Translations under genes and position numbers: made by a program | Part shown: positions 39,615-48,852 of the stretch, piece after piece | Position numbering within the stretch: position 1 is the stretch's first letter | How the letters are laid out: every line of letters begins with the position of its first letter | Origin: Octopus vulgaris | Lineage: Eukaryota | NCBI GenBank assembly: GCA_951406725.2 | Contig: OX597828.1 | Coordinates: 62,000,001-62,064,000 of the forward strand | Length of the DNA: 64,000 nucleotides | Direction of reading: 5' to 3' | The notes under the pieces: generated by a model | What the model saw: the letters and a program-made list of their open reading frames with translations, nothing else | The model's database searches: none | Told to the model about the DNA's origin: nothing

Positions 39615-40098
39615 AGCGTACATTTAAACACAAGAGAAAATTACCTTTTAACAGGTAATTTTTACATGCTAGAAATAGCAGCCAACACGGCCAAACCCAC
39701 GATTTAATAGCAATTTTCTGCTATTTCTAGCTTGTAAAAATTACCTGTTAAAAGGTCATTTTCTCTTGTGTTTAAATGTACGCTTTTTTAAAATATGAAT
39801 ATGTCGTCTATTGACTATTTATACATGTTAGACCACTGGTAGTGATATTCAACAATAATAATTCATACGAGCAGGCCATCGCGAGTTCTGTTACTGGTGT
39901 TCCGAGAAATACCGACATTGAGTGATATTGCCAAGGAAGTGTAGAGACGGCTGCCATACGTATTTATTAGATATCTCAATTACGATAAGTGCTTCTTACT
40001 TTTTCCAGTCGCCAATCTCTCATCTTCTTTTCAGCTACCTTTTCCTCACATCGTGACATCAACCGTGTCATATTCACTTCCAGCCGCGTGGCAACCAT
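16749..40098 (-). CDS. USE1: Vesicle transport protein USE1 (ER Qc-SNARE), 6 coding exons, 735 nt / 244 aa
   Basis: join of 40000-40098, 38682-38731, 37923-38001, 37639-37789, 30396-30577 and 16749-16922. All introns are GT-AG and in phase. The protein MVATRLEVNMTRLMSRCE..DWRLEKYI..FLKGLLEA..LAEEMLMLTRNLK..WLMIAAVTLTFLWMIIFIRIFSK* matches the USE1 family as I recall it (human MAASRLELNLVRLLSRCE..EWRLEKYV). Confidence 0.95.
20329..20610 (+). mobile_element. tRNA-derived SINE, family C
   Basis: A-box TGGCCCAGTGATTAG and B-box GGTTTCGATTACC, followed by ~200 bp of non-tRNA body; flanked by (TA)n. Confidence 0.75.
20803..21010 (+). mobile_element. SINE family B (3' part)
   Basis: ..GATAGAATAAGTACTAGGC..GTCCTGGGGTCGATTTG..ATGACTGAAACAAATAAAAGA; multi-copy in the window. 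Confidence 0.7.
21125..23285 (-). mobile_element. 5'-truncated RTE LINE (same family as 11460-12915) in USE1 intron 5
   Basis: NYRGIKLL, QFGFVPGRSTTDA, AFADLEKAFDRV, RRLHWYGHVLRM, GRGRPRKTW; same 3' end. Confidence 0.92.
23980..25400 (+). mobile_element. Decayed hAT (Charlie/Buster-like) DNA transposon
   Basis: TIR-like (TA)GCGGTGGTTCCCA at ~23981. Dimerisation-domain remnants ALKYFILFPTTHLSDESFS and KSKYRNRMD at ~25220-25325. Confidence 0.55.
25450..25800 (+). mobile_element. Mariner transposase relic
   Basis: IDYLQKGHTINGEYY, FHQDNAPAH, DLVPSDFHLFPDMK. Confidence 0.82.
26200..26965 (+). mobile_element. Decayed RTE 3' fragment
   Basis: LGDLISSGGGCSE-like start and CATGCAGCATGGGAAA..ATGATGAT tail. 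Confidence 0.5.
27490..28000. mobile_element. Inverted pair of SINE family B segments
   Basis: 27490-27665 is roughly the reverse complement of 27825-28000. Confidence 0.7.
28371..28680. repeat. AT-rich palindrome, ~130-bp arms
   Basis: AAATTAGAAAAAAACCACCTTTTATCAAT..CCGATGATTAAGTAAATT pairs with AATTTACTTAATCATCGG..ATTGATAAAAGGTGGGTTTTTTCTAATTT. Confidence 0.9.
28940..30090 (+). mobile_element. Decayed CR1/Jockey-group LINE fragment
   Basis: WEHAK/PIPKKDNSSDL and HKYDFCRA (~QYGFR) remnants at 29490-29680. Confidence 0.5.
30396..30577 (-). CDS. USE1: USE1 exon 5 (182 nt, SNARE motif)
   Basis: Acceptor TTTTTCTTGTAG; DLDTILQHCNQMQGKLAEEMLMLTRNLKENV; donor GTAAG. Confidence 0.93.
32930..35440 (+). 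mobile_element. Decayed RTE LINE in USE1 intron 4, interrupted at ~34030-34830
   Basis: DEMQFSFEPGSTT, INLEKA, VGVHQG and FCYLGDL remnants, collinear with the other RTE copies. Confidence 0.7.
34030..34830. mobile_element. Unclassified insertion with ~120-bp direct repeats (PLE pLTR-like)
   Basis: CCACAAGAAAATCGAAATAGCAGCAAAGG..TGATTCTAGAAGTTATT occurs at ~34340-34452 and ~34712-34822. Confidence 0.55.
37639..37789 (-). CDS. USE1: USE1 exon 4 (151 nt)
   Basis: Acceptor TTCAG; PDSSEKMLAAEKLAP..RYEKEMRADLFGNS; donor GTAAGT. Confidence 0.92.
37923..38001 (-). CDS. USE1: USE1 exon 3 (79 nt)
   Basis: Acceptor TTTCAACAG; CPSKEDINGYARKIQFLKGLLEADRL; donor GTATGT. Confidence 0.92.
38682..38731 (-). 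CDS. USE1: USE1 exon 2 (50 nt)
   Basis: Acceptor TTTTCCAG; YICALLSQLEELKKSP; donor GTAATG. Not in the ORF track. Confidence 0.9.
39607..39793. repeat. Near-perfect inverted repeat (~73-bp arms) in USE1 intron 1
   Basis: TTAAAAAAGCGTACATTTAAACACAAGAGAAAA..GCTAGAAATAGCAG pairs with CTGCTATTTCTAGC..TTTTCTCTTGTGTTTAAATGTACGCTTTTTTAA. Confidence 0.92.
40000..40098 (-). CDS. USE1: USE1 coding exon 1 (99 nt)
   Basis: ATG at 40096-40098; MVATRLEVNMTRLMSRCEEKVAEKKMRDWRLEK; donor GTAAG. Confidence 0.93.
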
Positions 40099-40132
40099 TT
40101 TGCCAAAACGGATGTTTTCGTTCTTAGCACAC

Positions 40133-40178
40133 GACGGAAATTGCCGATTGAGAAATATCGGCAATTTCCGTCACGTGT
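40133..40178. promoter_or_regulatory. Perfect 16-bp inverted repeat plus E-box just upstream of the USE1 ATG
   Basis: GACGGAAATTGCCGAT (40133-40148), 8-nt spacer, ATCGGCAATTTCCGTC (40157-40172); GTCACGTG at 40170-40177. The function is inferred from position only. Confidence 0.6.
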
Positions 40179-40448
40179 AGCGCCGTTAAAGATTTTCCGA
40201 GTTAATTTATCATATATGAATCGACAAAGCGAAATAAATATCACTTCCAGTTGAACAATAAAAATCTCTAACAAACTTTTATACTTAGAATCAGTTCTTT
40301 TAATAAGATATATTAAATCGTGCACTAAAAGACCATATTTTCTACGGATCATTTTAATGTATATGAAATACAAAAGAAAAATAAATAATCCAACGAGTAC
40401 ACGTGAATACGGAGTATGAAGATTAATTTTAACAATTTGACAGTTTGT

Positions 40449-40520
40449 GGCTCGTTGGTCTAGGGGTATGATTCTCGCTTTGGGTGCGAGAGGTCCCGGG
40501 TTCGAATCCCGGACGAGCCC
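40449..40520 (+). tRNA. tRNA-Pro (anticodon TGG)
   Basis: GGCTCGTTGGTCTAGGGGTATGATTCTCGCTTTGGGTGCGAGAGGTCCCGGGTTCGAATCCCGGACGAGCCC is the canonical 72-nt metazoan tRNA-Pro with intact stems. Confidence 0.98.
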
Positions 40521-40527
40521 ATAGTTG

Positions 40528-40533
40528 TTTTTT
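40528..40533 (+). terminator. Pol III oligo-dT terminator
   Basis: T6 starting 8 nt after the tRNA 3' end. Confidence 0.8.
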
Positions 40534-40595
40534 GCCTTTTGTGCTCGCATGGGCGTTTATGTTCTCTTTTAACACTTTCAGTTATTATATGAATA

Positions 40596-41542
40596 CTAGC
40601 TGACCCCCTGCCGTCAAAAATGACAGCCAATTATAGTATTTTATATAAAAATAAGGTACAAAACCAAGTTTTTAGTTTAATAATTCTTTTATTACCAAAT
40701 TTTTTATGAAAAATCTCTCCCCAACTAACATCCCTTGACGACTTAAGACCTCATAAAGTTGGCCGTGACTAAATACGGGAGCTGGCAAGTAAATACCAAC
40801 CTTTTCGAAGTGATGGTTGCGCTCTCCATTACTGAAACCAACCTCAATTCATACGACTTGAAACCACAAAAGCAGTCCATGACTTATAGTTGATGTTGTA
40901 AAAACTCCCCTATTCAAAATTTCTTAATATAAATAAATTAGGCAGATGAATGAACTGTTAAATGTGTATTTATAATATACTTTTCAACTGCAGTCGTTTT
41001 ACATTCTTGATACACTCAGGTAATAATTATTTTCTCTAATGAGTTTGTATATGTTTGTGTAGATGTGTGTAATTGTAATAATTATTTGTAACACAACAGA
41101 TAGACTGTGGATGGTAGATTAAATTTATACACTTCTCAATGTTATCTAGTGGTTGTCTTTCGAGATGTGACATCGATCATCGTTTGTTGCTGAAAGAACG
41201 CTGGTTCACACATACAAACATTCACATACTCCCCTTGTATACGCACACACATACATACATATACTCACACAGAGTTGAATCGCTGTTTGATTTTTTTTCT
41301 TTTCAGTGATGAATGTTCACCATCCCACTTCCATTGCACTCACACACACACACATTCACATACCTCCCTTTTACATATAAATACTCACAGAGTTGAAATG
41401 TCTGCTTTTTTTCACGATAGAATTTCTATCATCCTACTACCAAGTTTGCCATCACCCCTTCCTTCCTTATTCATCTACCACCCCTTCCTTTCTCATTCAT
41501 ATGTTGTGACGGAGAAAAGCACAAGAGTATTATTATAGTAGA
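40596..41542 (-). mobile_element. Non-autonomous Helitron with a Pif1 helicase remnant
   Basis: 5' TCTACTATAATAATA at 41542; 3' CTAG at 40596-40599 preceded by a hairpin; A|T target. FEKVGIYLPAPVFSHGQLYEVLSR at ~40735-40810 is the Helitron helicase C-terminal motif. Confidence 0.85.
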
Positions 41543-41794
41543 TACAGGACGCTCTCTTTGCCACTTCCTTTCTCTCATTGCTATTACTTTCTCTCATTCC
41601 TTCTCAGCCATGGCTATTACTCTCAGCCATGGCTATTACTCAGCCATGGCTATTACTTCTCAGCCATGGCTATTACTCTCACTACTTCTCCTTCACTGAC
41701 TTTTATCTCCTTTCCCTTCACTTATACCACTCTTTCTCTTATTCCTTCCTATTGCGTGATTTTGGACATATATGTGTGTGTGTGTGTGTGTAAA

Positions 41795-42570
41795 ATATAT
41801 ATATATAAAAATACAAAATGGGACAAGAACTCAAAACACTCAAATAGACGACACAAAAAACGGACGGGTCATTCGAAGCCTCTAATCTTCAGTCAAGAAC
41901 CGGATCATCCACGCAATTTCGGCTGATTAATCTTGAGATCGCTCCGATCCGGCCAGCCCCAAGGAAAAACTAAGCTACGAGCATTGGATTAGCTGGCGTA
42001 TTTGGAAAAAAATGCCTTTACGGCAGACGAAGATATCGATGTTGTCGTGGCGGTGCTCAGAAGCCGAAAGGCTAGTTGACCGGTGGTCACACGAGAGAAG
42101 AGAGAGAAAAAAAGGGCAAAGGAATCAAAGAGAGAGAGAAAAAAGAGGGACAAAGGCACCAAAGGGAAGGGGGGGAGAAGAGAGAGAAAGAAGGAATTAA
42201 AGAGGGGAGAAGAAAGAGAGCGTGCGAAGGATTGGCCAGCTAAGCTAAGTTGAACTGTCTAAAGTCGTAAGACACCCGCTGTTTTTGTCCTGTCATTACT
42301 ATTATTGTTTTTTGTATTTATATTCGTGTTGCATCGTCCGTTTTTCTGTCCTTGTTTCGTATACATTCGATCCTTTTTCCAAGAAATCGTAGCTTAGTTT
42401 TTCCTTGGGGCTGGCCGGATCGGAGCGATCTCAAGATTAATCAGCCGAAATTGCGTGGATGATCCGGTTCTTGACTGAAAATTAGAGGCTTCGAATGACC
42501 CGTCCGTTTTTTGTGTCGTCTATTTGAGTGTTTTGCGTTCTTGTCCCATTTTGTATTTTTATATATATTT
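41795..42570. mobile_element. Non-coding element with ~185-bp terminal inverted repeats (PLE inverted-pLTR type or MITE)
   Basis: 41795-41980 is a near-identical reverse complement of 42387-42570; flanked by TA-rich repeats. Confidence 0.8.
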
Positions 42571-42636
42571 TTTATACATATATTATTGCGGCGTAACGTA
42601 CATCTTGTTCTCTTATGTATATATATATATATCTTA

Positions 42637-43600
42637 GACAGAAAGAGATAACAAACCCAAGGCTGAGAGGAGTTTTCATGACATTTATAATGAAATAGTC
42701 TTACAGCTGTTTCTGGGATATTATGGATATCCCTTCATCAGAGACGGTGTGAGAAAATATTTGAGTTCAAATTATTATAGAAAAGGAGGAGATAGGGAAT
42801 ATAGAGGGAAATAAGAGAATGAAAGTAGAAATAAGATATATAAAGATATTGTAGTTGCAGTTCCATTATTCAAGGAAAATGGTGTATAGAAGTGGTTAGT
42901 CATTTCAAATTATGGAACCGTGGAATCAATGTTGCTCGTTCAAAAGGGTTTTGTGGTGTAAATGAAATTTTGAGAATATATTGGTAGTATTTGTGAATAG
43001 ATAGGGAAGGAGAGATGTGCATGATTAGAAAGAGGAGATAGGTCAAATTTAAAACAGGAAGAGAAAATTAGGGAAAAAGAGAGAAAAAAGAAAAAAGGAA
43101 AATGGAGAGAGAAAAAACTAAAAGTGAAAGAGTGAAAATGTGAAGAAAGGGAGAAAGAAGTGAGAAAATGAGCGTCGATTAGTGGTCAAGATAATGTGAT
43201 GGTAGAGGTGTGTGGTGGGATAGGAAGACATGAGATAGTAAGGAGTAAAAGAATGTAAGAATGTATGTGAGTAGGGGTGATATGACAGAGCTGCATTAAG
43301 AGATGAGTAGAGAAAAGGTATGGGTGGGGTGATACCGATGTGAGTAGTAGTTTTGGTAGTAAAATCTGAAGCGAGGGAAGAATACAAGGATGTCAAATTA
43401 CTATAAATAGACGTATGTGATAGGTTAGTGATAGGTAGGAATCAGAGAGGAAAGAAGGTATGACATACGCATGCATTCACATACATATATATGTGCGAAT
43501 ATGTATACATACACATACACACACACACATATATATACAGACATATACATACGCCTGTAGATACACATACATATATACAGATGCATGCGTGAGCAGACAT
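42637..43600 (-). mobile_element. Non-coding PLE-derived repeat with a 3' hammerhead (copy 2)
   Basis: Collinear with 13659-14560. Confidence 0.8.
42698..42745 (-). ncRNA. Type I hammerhead ribozyme (identical to 13718-13765)
   Basis: Same 48 nt with CUGAUGA/GAAA/GUA core. Confidence 0.88.
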
Positions 43601-43664
43601 GTATATACACATGTTGAAGTGGCTACCAATATTACTTGTTTATATATATAATATACTTTTAATC

Positions 43665-43840
43665 TTTTACTTGTTTCAGTTATTTGATTGAGGCCACGCC
43701 GGAGCTCCGCCTTTACTCGAACGAATCGACTACAGGTCCTATTCTTTGTAAACCTAGTACATATTCTATCCGTATCTTTTGCCGAATCGCTAATCTACGA
43801 GGACAGTAACACACCAACATCGGTTGTCAAGCGACAGTGT

Positions 43841-43845
<5 letters not shown>
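43665..43845 (-). mobile_element. SINE family B
   Basis: CTTTTACTTGTTTCAGT..TAGTACATATTCTATC..AACACACCAACATCGGTTGTCAAGCG. Confidence 0.65.
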
Positions 43846-43904
<59 letters not shown>

Positions 43905-43956
43905 GAAAAAACAAGTCAAAATAGAAAACGCTAAAATAATTTTATAAAGAACATTT

Positions 43957-43994
43957 CAGTACCGGTTTCGGTCATTTTGAGACCTTTTCAACTG
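43957..43994 (-). ncRNA. Hammerhead-like motif, variant core UUGAAAA
   Basis: CAG-TTGAAAA-GGTC-TCAAAAT-GACC-GAAA-CCGG-TA-CTG. Confidence 0.65.
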
Positions 43995-44146
43995 TAACGA
44001 TTAAATAATTAAATTTAGAAAAATTAAAAGAAAAGTTTTTTAAAGGAATATTTGTATAGTGTTCAAATATAAGTGGCATTCTGCCTTTCTCTGTCTCCCT
44101 TGTTTGCACTTGTGTGTTCGAGGCCGTTGTGAATTCTTGGTAGGGT

Positions 44147-44720
44147 AGAAGAAGAAGAAGAAGAAGAAGAAGAAGAAGAAGAAGAAGAAGAAGAAGAAGA
44201 AGAAGAAGAAGAAGAAGAAGAAGAAGAAGAAGGTTGATGAGGAGAGGGGTTGATGAGGAGAGGGGGTGCCTTGATGGTCGTATTTTGAATGGTCAGTGGC
44301 GGCTAGCAGTTGCAGTTCAATTCAGGAGAATATTTCTATTGAAAGGTTTGTTTATGGAATATACTAAAAAGCATTAGTGATAAAGTTAAGAGGTAGAAGG
44401 TGGAGCAGAAGAAGAAGAAGAAGAAGAAGAAGAAGAAGAAGAAGAAGAAGAAGAAGAAGAAGAAGAAGAAGAAGAAGAAGAAGAAGAAGAAGAAGAAGAA
44501 GAAGAAGAAGATGACGATGTTGATGATGATGATGAAGAAGAAGAAGAAGTAGAAGAAGAAGAAGAAGAAGAAGAAGAAGAAGAAGAAGAAGAAGAAGAAA
44601 AAGAAGAAGAAGGAGAAGGAGAAGAAGAAGATGATGATGATGATGGTGATGATGATGACGACGATGATGATGATAATAATGATGATAATGAAGAAGAAGA
44701 GGAAGAAGAAGAAAAAAGAG
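44147..44720. repeat. (GAA)n/(GAT)n compound microsatellites
   Basis: Direct reading; main runs at 44147-44232 and 44408-44630. Confidence 0.95.
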
Positions 44721-45376
44721 AAGGGTGAATATGAATGGGTGAAAGTAGTGAGGTGTTGTATGACTTGAAGTTGGCACGTTATGGATTATAGCTGTGATTG
44801 GGGCTGATTTGTAATGGATTCTTTGGAATGTAATATTTGTGTGTGTATTTCTTTTATTCTAAAGTTGAGGTATATTAATCATTTGTCGTAGACCCGTTAA
44901 GAAGTGGCCTGTATTTTGTAATAAAGAGAGTTTCTTTACTTATTCGTTGTCTCGAGGTTGTATCGTCCCTAAATTTGTAGAGGGGGAAAATCCTGAAGCC
45001 TGGTGTTTTGTTGTTGGCGCAAGTATCTATGTGTTGGCTGAAAGCTATTTTTCTGTTTTGGGGAATTTTTATCTGGGATCTGTGCAGGGCCATTCTTTTA
45101 CGCAAACTATTTTTTGTTTGGCCTATGTACTGCTCTTGACACCCGGAGCAGGTTAGTGAGTATATTAGGTTCTCCGAGGCACATGTGAAGTTGCTTTTCA
45201 CTGTAAACCGTTGTCCCTGTTTGAAGGAGAACTCTGATCCCTCAATTAGATAATCGCATATCCCGCAATTGGGTCTTCCACATTTTTTTACTGTCGGCTT
45301 TTGTGTTGAAGAGTGTATTCGGGCTTGTGTTAGGAGACTTTTCATAGATTTAGGCTGTCTCTTGCTTTTTATGATC

Positions 45377-45439
<63 letters not shown>

Positions 45440-45440
<1 letters not shown>

Positions 45441-45714
45441 TAGCAGAGATATCCGGCGTTGCCCGTGTCACATGCAATTGAAGAATTAGACTTTTCTGTT
45501 ATATTTTCTGTAATGAACTGGAATACCTATGTTTCGAATTTCATCAAAATTGCAAATGAGGGTTATTTCCCTCTATTCATACCCTAAACAAATTGTAATC
45601 GTGCTACATGTATCCCATACTACTGATTTTTATGCGCATATTCCAAAATTCCAGTCTTATAGAACCGGTTAAAAGGATTTTGCTCCTGAAAAATGGAGGT
45701 CATGGAGCTCTAAA

Positions 45715-45719
<5 letters not shown>
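45440..45719 (-). mobile_element. Short non-autonomous Helitron
   Basis: 3' CTAG at 45440-45443 with hairpin CCGGCGTTGCCCG; 5' TC falls in the (GATA)n, so the exact end is ambiguous. Confidence 0.6.
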
Positions 45720-45793
<74 letters not shown>

Positions 45794-45864
45794 TGTACAT
45801 ATGTATATATACATACATACATACATACATACATACATACATACATACATACATACATACTTAC

Positions 45865-47235
45865 ATTATGGCTGCCCCCTCGTTATCGAGTATGGCCATT
45901 GCACGAAGCTCAACTGTTATTGGTGCTGTGATCGAATGTGACTTTTTAGCCCAGCTAAAGATCTACAATGTCTTGTACAGAATTGGCAACTAAAACCTTT
46001 ACCAGTAAAAGCCGGCTGTAGTTGTAACAGGGCTTCATGTACCTTTGCATGTCGTTTAAGTCCTCCTGCCGAATTACACTCTCTTCCACATGCCTGACAG
46101 ATATGATTAGTATGGTGTGTAACACCACCACCAGTGGCCAGGTTGTCACTCATCTGTCTCGTTTTATGACTACGAAGATGACTCATGAGTCCAGGTTTAC
46201 TGAGGCAGGGTCTTGCACAGACATTGCATGTCAGCATCAAAGGAAGACCCTTCTCTTCTGGAAGTGTAACAGCGATGCCCTTCCTGACATCCCTTCTTAC
46301 TTTCTCATGTGCAACTCGAGATTTCTCAAAAGTGGCTGTCCCCTCATGCACAATCCTTCACCACCTGCTACTATCAATAGCTACGCCTTCCCATGTGTCA
46401 GGAGAGATGCAAGCATCTTTTAAGGAAGCCCTCAGCAAATCCTTATACCTCTTTTTTAGCTTATGTGGAGGTCGTTCTCCTTTAGCTAACTCTCCATAAA
46501 AGAGTTGTTTTGGCATCCTTGAATCCTTCATCCTGACCAGATGACCACTCCATCTGAGCCTTTGCTTTAACACAAGAGCTTCTATACTTTCGCACCGAGA
46601 GCCTTCCAATATTTCAAGATCACTGATGCGGTCCTCCCACTTAATGCCTTAGATCCGTCTGAGACACATCTGATGGAAACGTTCCAGTTGTTTAATATGG
46701 TATCGATATGTGACCCACGTCTCGCAGGCATAGAGAAGAGAAGGAAGCACACATGCCTTGTACACCTTTATCTTTGTCTTTCTGCATATGTCTCCCCCAC
46801 TTTAGAGGCGCTTTTCTAGCTTTCCGAAAGCAACACTTGCTTTCCTAATTCTATATGGAATTTCATCATCCACATTGCTATATCTATTAATAGTGCTTCC
46901 CATGTAGACAAACTGATCAACTACATCAAGTCGTTTACCATTCACATAGATATTTGGTACACTATACTGCTTACCAGGGACAGGTTGATGCATGACAACA
47001 GTTTTCTTGAGATTGACTGTCAATCCTAAGGCAGTGCAAGCATCTGAGAATGCATTCAAAATGTGTTGCATATCAATCTCTGTGTGTGCTACTAGCTCAC
47101 AACCATCAGCATACAAAAGGTCTCTCATGATAGAGGTAAATACCTTTGTTTTTGCAGCAAGGCGCCTGATATTAAATATGCTGCCAGAGGTTCGATAATG
47201 GACGTAAACACCGTATCTGCAGTTTCTGAATGCAA
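45865..47235 (-). mobile_element. 5'-truncated RTE/BovB-like LINE with C-terminal C2H2 fingers
   Basis: RDLLYADG (decayed YADD), GLTVNLKKTVVM, FVYMGS, RLRWSGHLVRM..RMPKQLFYGEL; three CxxC..HxxxH fingers. Confidence 0.9.
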
Positions 47236-47314
47236 TACAGAACACCATCGCAAAATACATACATACATACATACATACATACATACATACATACATACAT
47301 ACATACATACGTAT

Positions 47315-47393
<79 letters not shown>

Positions 47394-47523
47394 TTCAGCA
47401 AAACTTTAGATTCAAATGAATATGGTACTTAATTTAGATGCACCAGAATTTTGCATGGTGTTATCCATAAAAATCCGAGGGGTGATTATAATCAAAATAA
47501 GCAACACGAATGACTCCGGTAAT

Positions 47524-47609
47524 TTGGTACGATCGTTTCGTACTACATCATTTTATTAAATGTTGTAAGTATTACAACAGATTTAAGATGCTGAGTACTC
47601 ATCAGCCAA
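47524..47609 (-). ncRNA. Type I hammerhead ribozyme with an extended stem II
   Basis: TTGG-CTGATGA-GTAC..(~50-nt hairpin)..GTAC-GAAA-CGATCG-TA-CCAA. Confidence 0.85.
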
Positions 47610-48810
47610 TTATAGAGGTTTTCCATTAATACAAACATTTTCAAATCAAGTGGCAACATTATAGAGAAGGTAGATATACAAAGATGTGGATTTAAATTTT
47701 AAGAACATATGAGGTAGTGAAGTCCTTCCACTGACTGACTAAGGTATGGCTGTTCCTAACTGTTGTAAGGTTAGAAGCAATAAAGATTTCTTAATTGTAG
47801 AAATGGGGTAAAGAAGGTTTCAGAACTCCATAAAAGGAATTCATGTTGAAGACAGCAATTGCCACTAATAAATGCCAATTACTGCTATTTGGTGAGAGAA
47901 ACTAGGTCAAAGTCAAATGGTACTAATCCCATTCACAGAGAGTGTAATTTAGAGAAAAAAAGGGGAAAAAACCTATCACTTATTATTATGAGTAGGCATA
48001 GTATTTTTTAACAGGGGGAAAGCCTTATCAATTTTAAAGCTAGATTAAATTTAGAAAAAAATTTCAATTTCAAGTTTGCAGTGAAGCTTTTTTAGTTATC
48101 TATGAATGTTAAATTGAAAGCTAGTATAGTATATTTCTTCTTATTTGATTATAAAGAATTAAAATTTGAAAAATATAGGAATACTCACAAAATTATTATT
48201 TAAAGTATTTAAACGTTCGGGTTGTGCAATGTATACAAGATTATCCCAACTCCAGACGGTTATTCAACAGATTTGTATTACTCTGATGTTTTAAAATTTC
48301 ATAAGTTTCCATAGAACAAAGTTGACAACCATCCCTACTATTTCTATAAGGTTGCGCCCTTCTAATTATATCCCATTTTAGGTTGAATTCTATATTATTT
48401 GTTTTTAGTTCCCAAATTTTGCTAGATAGTGTTGTGCAACCTGCCTTATGTTTGAGCCTAAAAGAGGAAAAATGATTGTTAAGACGTCTTTTAAGATCCA
48501 CCGAACATCCGAAATAAAGAAAACTATTGCTAGAAGTTATTATCGTGCATTTATAAATTACGTTTTGGACCGAACAACGACCAGATACCGGGGATAGTGT
48601 CCGGTACTGGAATTATTTAAGGACAGTTCACTTACATTACTGTTATTTAAATTATTAGTAGTATTAGTATTACTTTCATTATTAGTAATCACGTTGTTAT
48701 GCAAATTAGGGTTACTAGTTATTAATCCATCCTCACCATCATCACCTACCATACTTTTATCGATACTACCTATGTTATTGGTATTGTTATTATCACTATT
48801 TACATCAATG

Positions 48811-48845
<35 letters not shown>

Positions 48846-48852
48846 ATTATAA

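Larger units (their letters stand above)
43906..45378 (-). mobile_element. 5'-truncated Neptune-type PLE (Zn-finger linker + GIY-YIG + 3' pLTR)
   Basis: 44875-45378 reads RQPKSMKSLL..CGRPNCGIC..FTCASENLIYSLTCSGCQEQYIGQT..LRKRMALH..SQH..KETLFI..PLLN. There is a hammerhead-like motif near the 3' end and (GAA)n expansions inside. Confidence 0.88.

Noticed and set aside
40074-40550. 158-aa ORF
   Set aside because: It is the antisense reading of tRNA-Pro and the USE1 promoter; no protein motifs.
44364-44777. Poly-Leu/His ORF and similar poly-N, poly-I, YIYI and MYVC ORFs (e.g. 59830-60435)
   Set aside because: Translations of microsatellites.
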